Positions 1 to 6,901 of a DNA stretch of 64,000 nucleotides are shown here, one piece after another. The notes beneath the pieces were generated by a model. That model saw only the letters and a program-made list of their open reading frames with translations, made no database searches and was not told the DNA's origin. Made by a program: the position numbers and the translations under genes. Source of the DNA: Candidatus Helarchaeota archaeon (GTDB lineage Archaea > Asgardarchaeota > Lokiarchaeia > Helarchaeales > RDOG01); assembly GCA_019058315.1 (NCBI GenBank), contig JAHPZH010000001.1, positions 245,566-309,565 of the forward strand. The letters run 5' to 3'. How positions within the stretch are numbered: position 1 is the first letter of the stretch; each line of letters starts with the position of its first letter.

Positions 1-91
1 TTAGATTTAGAGAATCTATAAGGATTTATGTTGAAGCTTATATAACCTAATTGTAAGTTTAATAAACAAAAGAAAAAAATAAACAAGCGAT

Positions 92-529
92 TTATCGAAT
101 TTCCATTACATTGTAAGCATTCTTAAATCCGAATTTTTCGTAATAAGGTATTTGTTTTTGAGTTGCGTTGATTCTAATAATTTCAGCACCCATTGACTTG
201 AGATATTCGATACTTTTTTCTACTAATTTAGATCCTATTCCTTGACCACGATAATCTGTATCCGCTATAACTTGGCGAATATAACCCTCTGCTTTCCCAA
301 ATGGATCAATAATCAATTCTGCATAAATCATACCAGCAATTTTGTCCGTCACACTATCTTCAGCTATCAGTAGACCATGTTTTTGAAGTCTATCAAATAA
401 ACGCCTTTTAATACCCCAATCAAATCGCTTCTCTTGGAATTCAACACCTTGAACTTCGCATAATTGGACCATTAATCTTCTCATTTCATCAATATCGGTT
501 TTTTCTGCAGTTCTTACTTCAATAACCAT
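92..529 (-). CDS. GNAT family N-acetyltransferase
   Basis: Acetyl-CoA motif YRGQGIGSKL and C-terminal YYEKFGF; 145 aa. Confidence 0.9.
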   Translation of the reverse strand: MVIEVRTAEKTDIDEMRRLMVQLCEVQGVEFQEKRFDWGIKRRLFDRLQKHGLLIAEDSVTDKIAGMIYAELIIDPFGKAEGYIRQVIADTDYRGQGIGSKLVEKSIEYLKSMGAEIIRINATQKQIPYYEKFGFKNAYNVMEIR

Positions 530-669
530 GAAATTTACGCTCCATAAAATTTCTGTTATTTTTTTTATATTATTCTAATATTTTATAAGATTTTTGTCAT
601 CATATTTCACAATTAAAAAAATTTTTGAATGAAGATTCTTTGAATTATTTAAGAACTTTGGTGAAAGCC

Positions 670-1542
670 ATGTATTTTAAATCAGAAGATGGTGCAAATC
701 TTTTCTATGAAATTCAAGGGAAAAAAAACGGTAGACCACTAATCTTTTTGCATGGCTGGGGGGTAGGATCAGTATTTTTTAGTGAACAAATCCCTCCGCT
801 CGTTAAAGAAGGATATAAAGTTATAACTATGGATGCCAGATCACATGGAAAGAGTGATAGAGATACAAAATACATGGAATTATATAAGGATCGCATGTTA
901 GATCTTATGTATAAAGATTTTAAGAACTTTTTATACCACTTAGACTTAAAGGAAGAGTTTACTCTTATTGGTCATTCTGCTGGAGGGGGGATAAGCATCG
1001 CTTTTAGTAGTCTAACTGAATTAAAAGAAAAAATTGCATCTATAGTAATTATCAATTCTGGTTATACGATTTCGGAACATCCATCTGTTTTACTTTTATG
1101 GGAATTAGTTCCTCTCTTCGTTAATGTATTGTATAATCCATTATTACGAACAGGATATAAATTAGTCTTACGAAATGATGCAACTATTACTGCCTTGGCA
1201 TTAGCCCTTCAACAACCTCGTGAAAAGGTTAAAAGTTGGATAAACGATCTAATAAATATCCCAAAAGAGCAAATAATATTGGAATATCAAAATTTTAAAC
1301 GTTATAATCTGAAAGAACATTTGAAAGATATTAAGTGCCCCTCTTTAATTATTGGCGGTCAACTGGATATGGTAACTCCTGTTTATATGTCAAGACAGAT
1401 GGCAAAAGATATACCAAAATCAGAGTTATTTATTTTAAGAAACGCAGGACATTTTGCTATGCTTGAACAAGCTAAGCAAGTTAACAAAAAAATTCTTGAA
1501 TTCTTACGAGTACATTATCCTGCAAATGGTATATCTATTTAG
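670..1542 (+). CDS. alpha/beta hydrolase
   Basis: HGWG oxyanion motif, DARSHGKS, nucleophile GHSAGG, Asp (QLDMVTP) and His (AGHF). Start moved from 625 to ATG 670, which follows a GGTGA SD. Confidence 0.88.
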   Translation: MYFKSEDGANLFYEIQGKKNGRPLIFLHGWGVGSVFFSEQIPPLVKEGYKVITMDARSHGKSDRDTKYMELYKDRMLDLMYKDFKNFLYHLDLKEEFTLIGHSAGGGISIAFSSLTELKEKIASIVIINSGYTISEHPSVLLLWELVPLFVNVLYNPLLRTGYKLVLRNDATITALALALQQPREKVKSWINDLINIPKEQIILEYQNFKRYNLKEHLKDIKCPSLIIGGQLDMVTPVYMSRQMAKDIPKSELFILRNAGHFAMLEQAKQVNKKILEFLRVHYPANGISI

Positions 1543-2161
1543 TTTTCTTTATTTTTCCCAGAGCTTCTTTAGCCGCATTTTTAACTCCATCATCTTGATC
1601 ATTAGTTGCGGTTTCTAGAACTTCGATATATTTTTCTATTTCCTGAGGAACTTGAGACCCAATCTCTCCCAAAGCATATGCTGAATAATATCTAACTATC
1701 CAAGACTCATCTGATTTTAATCTTTGTGCTAAGTAATCTAATGTTGATCCAGATAAAATAAGGTCTGGAGCCTTATGACCAATATCTCCCAAAGATTTAG
1801 CTGCAGATCCTCTTGCCCCTTCATGTTCATCTTTTATTAAGACTGAAACTATATTTGGGATAATGTCTTTTATTATGTGGGGGTTACTTGCACCAATTTT
1901 ACCAAATGCTTTTGTAATGGACTCTCGAACCCAACCATCTTTTTCATTAATTAAATGCATAGACATGGATTGAATAGTAGTAGAAAAAAGCTCCTCCGGG
2001 AGGGATATTTTACCTAATTCTCCTAAAATTTGAGCGGAATACGATCTGATACTCCAATCTGGATTAGATAAAGAAGCAAGTAATACTTCAATCGCTTTTT
2101 TAGTTTCACCTTCTGCTACTAATTCGATTGCCTTTCTGACTAGATTTTCTTCAGTAGGCAT
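1535..2161 (-). CDS. HEAT (PBS-lyase-like) repeat protein
   Basis: Repeated D-x-x-W-x-(V/I)R-x-x-x-A-x-x-LG-x-IG units. Confidence 0.85.
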   Translation of the reverse strand: MPTEENLVRKAIELVAEGETKKAIEVLLASLSNPDWSIRSYSAQILGELGKISLPEELFSTTIQSMSMHLINEKDGWVRESITKAFGKIGASNPHIIKDIIPNIVSVLIKDEHEGARGSAAKSLGDIGHKAPDLILSGSTLDYLAQRLKSDESWIVRYYSAYALGEIGSQVPQEIEKYIEVLETATNDQDDGVKNAAKEALGKIKKTK

Positions 2162-2337
2162 TTACCCAATCCCGTCACGATTTGTCCAATAAAATATTTT
2201 CTTTATTTACATTTCTTCATTATAATTAATTACAATTAAACTAATTATCATTCTTTATTAAATTTTATTTTTATATCTTATTTTATAAAAATCAAATGGA
2301 TATCATCTAAATAAAGATTTGTAATTTTAATAACTTA

Positions 2338-2499
2338 TTATACAATTTTAATTCGTTCTTTTTGACATTTAGAACATATCCAAGTTGTATCCTCCCCCTT
2401 TGGAAGTCTTTTTACCATTTTAACCCTTCCTACTTGCTTTTTTGGAAATTCTTGTTGACAAATTTTACAAATAAACGTAGCTTTGTGTTTTTTTGGCAT
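2338..2499 (-). CDS. Small C4 zinc-finger protein, 53 aa (not in ORF track)
   Basis: Hand translation MPKKHKATFICKICQQEFPKKQVGRVKMVKRLPKGEDTTWICSKCQKERIKIV*; two CxxC pairs; GTGA SD-like motif upstream of ATG; fills an otherwise empty gap. Confidence 0.75.
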   Translation of the reverse strand: MPKKHKATFICKICQQEFPKKQVGRVKMVKRLPKGEDTTWICSKCQKERIKIV

Positions 2500-2705
2500 A
2501 TTAAGTCACTATTATTTTATTTATTCAGTATTATTTTAAAAATTCTTGTTTATAATAATTTAAATTAATTGGATTTTTTGTAATAATTCGTAATTAGTTT
2601 GTTAATTTTATAATACGAAAGATATTTATGTTGACTATTTTCTTTTTAAAATTAATGTTTTTAAATAATTATATTAATTTTTTTGGAAGATTGGACGAAT
2701 AAATT

Positions 2706-3440
2706 ATGAAAAGAAAATCAAAGAAAGCTATAAAAAGGATAATGCTTTGTTTAAGCGTATTTATGTTAACGGGATTATTTTTTAATATTGTTTTTAATAA
2801 TAATTTATCCTTTGGCTGTCATGATTTAAGTTTTCAAGGTATAGGGGGAACTTCTCTAGTTATTTTTGGAATAGGAATGAATAGTTTTTCAGATTTTTTT
2901 ACACCGACTGATCAGAGGTCTGAATTAGAACAAAATACGCGATTACGTATTTATAATTTAATCCTTGAGGATGAAGGTATTCATTTACGAGAGGTCTGTA
3001 GAAAATTAAATAAGAAAATGGGGGTAATTCAATATCATATTAATGTATTAGAAAAAGCAGGGTTAATTAATTCGTTAAAAGATGGAAGGTATAGACGCTT
3101 TTTCGTGAATAATAACCATAGTTCAGATTCCAAAAGAAATCTAATAATTTCTGTTATAAAAAGAGAGCCATCTTTCAAAATATTACAAACTCTTATTGAA
3201 AATAAAAAAGTATACCACAATGATTTGGCAACACTTTTAAAAATTAGTAGTCAAGCAATAACTTGGCACATTAAAAGACTACGAGGATATGAACTTATTG
3301 ATTATGAAAAAGAAGGAAAGCAAAAAGTCTATTATATTCGTCAAGATGTATTACCGCTTCTAAAATCGATTTTAGAGAATGCAAAGTCAGGAATTAGTGG
3401 GGGTTCCGCACCACTTACAGAAACGCCAACTGGGATCTAA
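2706..3440 (+). CDS. Membrane-anchored tandem winged-helix transcriptional regulator
   Basis: Basic N-terminus plus hydrophobic segment(s), then two wHTH domains (GIHLREVCRKL..GVIQYHINVLEKAGLI; ISSQAITWHIKRL). Confidence 0.8.
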   Translation: MKRKSKKAIKRIMLCLSVFMLTGLFFNIVFNNNLSFGCHDLSFQGIGGTSLVIFGIGMNSFSDFFTPTDQRSELEQNTRLRIYNLILEDEGIHLREVCRKLNKKMGVIQYHINVLEKAGLINSLKDGRYRRFFVNNNHSSDSKRNLIISVIKREPSFKILQTLIENKKVYHNDLATLLKISSQAITWHIKRLRGYELIDYEKEGKQKVYYIRQDVLPLLKSILENAKSGISGGSAPLTETPTGI

Positions 3441-4082
3441 TAAAGTTCCACAATTTTTACATGTATTTTTCTCTTTAAACATATCTTCTTTTAATAAAAA
3501 GCCACACTTCTTACAAAAACGCCATTCTTTATTTATAACTTGTTGACAATTTGGACATCTGTTATAATCTTTTCCCTTTTTAATTATTTCATTTTCTTTT
3601 TGACTTGGAACACTATATTTTAACTTAATCATTTTACCCTCAATTTTAACATCTATTTCCGAAATTTTAGAGTACAATTGTTTGAAAGCATGTTGAATTT
3701 TTTTGAGTTCAACTGATTTAAAACCATCAAATTCGCGAGTTCGAAGAATTGAACCACAATTAGTACAAATATTCTCATTAAGTATTGACGAATCATTTAA
3801 ATGTTTTTGATGAAAAGGGAAACCACATTTTATGCATGATAAAGTCGGCTCATCATCTTCTAAACTTCGTTCGCATTTTGAACAAAGTAAATTTTTACTG
3901 GATTTTGACATTTGAATATCAAGCGACTTTAATTTGGCAAGATATTTTGCTTTAATAATTTTAAATAGATTAGGATCAATTTCTTTCATCTCCAGTTCCC
4001 TAGAAAGTATTTGTAATATATCTAAAATGATGTTACGTTCAACCATAATGTTAGAAAGAACTTCGAATTTTACATTATCCAT
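3387..4082 (-). CDS. RING-variant finger + double zinc-ribbon protein with N-terminal SHOCT/steadiness-box-like helical hairpin
   Basis: C-x2-C-x12-C-x2-C-x4-H-x2-H-x11-C-x2-C at 3756-3884; two C-x2-C-x10-C-x2-C (W-R-F-C) ribbons at the C-terminus; likely start ATG 4082 (track starts at TTG 4124). Confidence 0.75.
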   Translation of the reverse strand: MDNVKFEVLSNIMVERNIILDILQILSRELEMKEIDPNLFKIIKAKYLAKLKSLDIQMSKSSKNLLCSKCERSLEDDEPTLSCIKCGFPFHQKHLNDSSILNENICTNCGSILRTREFDGFKSVELKKIQHAFKQLYSKISEIDVKIEGKMIKLKYSVPSQKENEIIKKGKDYNRCPNCQQVINKEWRFCKKCGFLLKEDMFKEKNTCKNCGTLLDPSWRFCKWCGTPTNS

Positions 4083-4178
4083 AAATATAACTGTCCAAAT
4101 TAGTATTAAATTGCATACTATCAATAAAAGTGAAAAATTAATAAAAAATTAAAAAATAAAATTAATCTTAGAGATAAT

Positions 4179-4709
4179 TTATTCTTCTTCTACAGCAATC
4201 CCTGGAAAATACCATCTTTTGCCGGTAACACGATCTTTATGTGCCACAGCGATATTTTTTTCTTCGAGTTTTTTTATTTCTTGCTCTGCTATTTCTGAGT
4301 TTAGATTACATGCCTTCATTATTTCCTCTAGATTAGTCCAGCCTTTTTCTGCAGCTAATTCGATGATAGAATTTTCAATTCCTGTTAATTCTAGAGGTGT
4401 AAATTCAATTAGTACTATTTTTTTCTTTGTTTTCTTTATTGAAATCAATTTTTGATCTTTTAACTTATCAATTGCTTCATTCATTTCTTCAATAGATACT
4501 TGATCGCTTTGCATCCTCTTTTTATTTACTTCTAAAAATAATTGAGCAAGATCCATAATCCCATGACTTATATCAGGGTTCTTTCCAATTTCTAAGATTT
4601 CGTTAGTTAAACGCTCAATATTTGCTTTTTCAATTTCTTTCTTGGATAATTTTTCCCCTACTTTGATTTTTTTACCGCCAATTTTAACGGTAATTTTTCT
4701 TTGTGACAA
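4179..4709 (-). CDS. ESCRT-II Vps22/Vps36 (EAP30)-like tandem winged-helix protein
   Basis: Pattern EILEI..HGIMDLAQLF..VNKKR..VSIEEMNEAIDKLK..LIEFTPLEL..IIELAAEKGW..RWYFPG matches the recalled SNF8/Vps22 C-terminal WH pair (GLITLEEL..VSQDDLIRAIKKLK..LIQSVPAEL..YWLP). Confidence 0.8.
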   Translation of the reverse strand: MSQRKITVKIGGKKIKVGEKLSKKEIEKANIERLTNEILEIGKNPDISHGIMDLAQLFLEVNKKRMQSDQVSIEEMNEAIDKLKDQKLISIKKTKKKIVLIEFTPLELTGIENSIIELAAEKGWTNLEEIMKACNLNSEIAEQEIKKLEEKNIAVAHKDRVTGKRWYFPGIAVEEE

Positions 4710-4720
4710 ATTTGTTCTCC

Positions 4721-5749
4721 CTAATCTTCTCCTAATTCTTTTAATCTGTTTTTATATCTTGTCATCATTTTATCGTATCGTTCTTCAGAGATGGTTCCAT
4801 CTATGAGCTTTTCATCTAATTTTAACATTAATTCACGGATTTTTACAACTTCACTTGATTCAGTAGGTCTAGTTCTTGCTGTATCACTTTTGATAGGTCC
4901 CATTATATTAGCTAATACTTGTGAATCGTAAACAGTACCTATTCCGCCTCCTTTACGTCTTGCCAATTCCTGCATAGCTTTGATTTTTTCCATATCTAGC
5001 GCACTAATTCCTGCATCTTGGAGCATTTTATATCTCGTTATTTCCGCTTCTGCATCTGTTACAGAAACAACTTTTTGAGTATAGGCTTTTTCTATCTCAT
5101 CAGGAAGTTTAACACTTATTAAATTCAAATCAATAAATTTAATTCCAAATTCGTTAAACATCTCTCTGGATTTAACTCGTGCTATAGATTCAACAGTTTC
5201 TTTCTGGGTATACACTTCCATTGATCCCATTTTTGACAATGCAGAACCTAAAATTTCCATTATTTCATCTCTAACCCAATTTCGAATGTCACCTTCATAA
5301 TATTTAGGTTGACCTGCTACAAGATTGGTGAGAAATATTTTCGGATCTTCGATTTGAATCGTCACATTTCCATAAGAGCTCATAGGAATCCTATCACGGG
5401 ACATTATTTGCCCTTCAGGGATTCCAAATTTAATTTTTAAAAGGCCTAAATCGACAAAAGTATAATCTGAAACTATAAAGAATTTATCATCAACTTTATG
5501 TCTACCAGGCCCTAAGACATCATAAATTTTGCCGTCTCTATAATAAACACAAGCTTCTCCTTCTCGCACTAGGACATTTTTATCTCCTTTTGGGACCTCT
5601 TTTCCTTTTCGTCCACAGTAGAAACGTTTAATAATCTCCTTTCCTCTTCCTTTATCTTTTGATGGAGAAGTAACGTACATATCATCAAGTTCCGCTGGAG
5701 TATAGTCCTTTTCCCATCCTAATTTCCATTCTTTTCCCATTTTAATCAC
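4721..5749 (-). CDS. Soluble SPFH/band-7 protein (YdjI-like) with C-terminal SHOCT-like hairpin
   Basis: LVREGEACVYYRDGKIYDVLGPGRH, IEDPKIFLTNLV, FGIKFIDLNLISVKLPDEIEKA are SPFH hallmarks; no TM helix; C-terminal LDEKLIDGTISEERYDKM. Confidence 0.88.
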   Translation of the reverse strand: MIKMGKEWKLGWEKDYTPAELDDMYVTSPSKDKGRGKEIIKRFYCGRKGKEVPKGDKNVLVREGEACVYYRDGKIYDVLGPGRHKVDDKFFIVSDYTFVDLGLLKIKFGIPEGQIMSRDRIPMSSYGNVTIQIEDPKIFLTNLVAGQPKYYEGDIRNWVRDEIMEILGSALSKMGSMEVYTQKETVESIARVKSREMFNEFGIKFIDLNLISVKLPDEIEKAYTQKVVSVTDAEAEITRYKMLQDAGISALDMEKIKAMQELARRKGGGIGTVYDSQVLANIMGPIKSDTARTRPTESSEVVKIRELMLKLDEKLIDGTISEERYDKMMTRYKNRLKELGED

Positions 5750-6246
5750 TCCATTTCTATTATTTGTTTAGTCCCGGAAACAATATCAATACGTTCCTGG
5801 TATTTTTCTCTAAAATCTCTCATTTTTTTTATGACTTCACGTACCTGTTCAGTTACATCTTCTTTGCTGAACGCCCTACTATTAATATCTGAAGTATAAT
5901 CTTTAAGATCTTGAGCCATAAGTATAATTTCAGAGTCACAAGCTATCATTGCCTCTAATAATTTCTCTTGGATTGATACTACGTTCCAACCGGGTGCGTA
6001 TCCATATTCTGCTGTTTTAATTTTTGTGATGTAATTGTGAATATCGCCCCTAGCTTTTTCAATAATTTTCATAAGATCTTTGTTACCTGCGTTAACTGCA
6101 CTTTCCAGTGTACTGACCATATTTTCTTCACTTTCTTTCAAGAGCCTTATTGCTTTTTCTCTAACGACCCTATCGGTTTCTCGGCGTTCTTCCTTTTTTT
6201 TATAGCCACGATATCCTGGCACTAACTTCATCATCTTTCCTAACAA
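5746..6246 (-). CDS. Conserved all-helical protein (PG-Y-x-GY...ERRETD family)
   Basis: TTG start with AAGGAG SD; motifs VPGYRGYKKKEERRETD and AEYGYA; 4-nt overlap with SPFH gene; predicted helical bundle; function unknown. Confidence 0.7.
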   Translation of the reverse strand: MLGKMMKLVPGYRGYKKKEERRETDRVVREKAIRLLKESEENMVSTLESAVNAGNKDLMKIIEKARGDIHNYITKIKTAEYGYAPGWNVVSIQEKLLEAMIACDSEIILMAQDLKDYTSDINSRAFSKEDVTEQVREVIKKMRDFREKYQERIDIVSGTKQIIEME

Positions 6247-6685
6247 ATTTAATTCTCCTTATTGATTAATTGATATTTTTGTTCTAATTTTCCTCATGTA
6301 AAATTATTTTTAATTTGTACGTAAATTGTTACTTAAAATATATAATTTTATGGAAAATGGTAATGTAAATCGCATTTTTTTTTATGTTTTTTAATTTTTT
6401 TTATGTATAATAAGAATTAATAAAATTGATTAACTTTTTTATATAATCCGAAGTTTAAAGAGATGTTTTTACTAATTCTTATTAATAAAAATAAGAGAAT
6501 GATTAATTAATTTAAATTCAAAAATACAAATCAACCAAATTGCTATTATTTTTATTAAAAATTATGAATTTTAAAATTCTAGATTTTGATTATTAATATT
6601 TAAATTAATATTCACTAAAGGAAAAATATATTATATAGAAAACTAAACAAATTTGTAAATATCATTTTTCACGGGTGACCTAATC

Positions 6686-6886
6686 ATGAGTAAAATAGTA
6701 GAAATTGAGAAAAGTACAACCACAGTTGATAAATTAAAAACTAAAACTTTTATCGTTTTTAAAACAAGAGAACTGGCAAGTTTCATGAAAAAAATTCATG
6801 ATTTAATATCTGCTAATGATACGGCAACTGCTAGCCAAATGATCATCCAATTCCTTCAAGGGTTAGCTCATAAAATAAAAGGTTAA
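6686..6886 (+). CDS. Hypothetical protein, 66 aa
   Basis: GGTGA SD before ATG; T-rich tract after the stop. Confidence 0.6.
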   Translation: MSKIVEIEKSTTTVDKLKTKTFIVFKTRELASFMKKIHDLISANDTATASQMIIQFLQGLAHKIKG

Positions 6887-6901
6887 TTTGATTTCTTTTT
6901 C

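Noticed and set aside
2362-2568. 68-aa plus-strand ORF in the track
   Set aside because: Antisense shadow of the better-supported 53-aa zinc-finger ORF; no SD and an implausible composition
5746-6246. Calling this gene PspA/ESCRT-III outright
   Set aside because: Length and motifs do not match PspA or Snf7 recognisably; kept only as a structural question
6247-6685. Long, extremely AT-rich intergenic region (possible origin or ncRNA)
   Set aside because: No ORB-like repeats, no adjacent cdc6/orc1 and no GC-rich stems; best explained as divergent promoters
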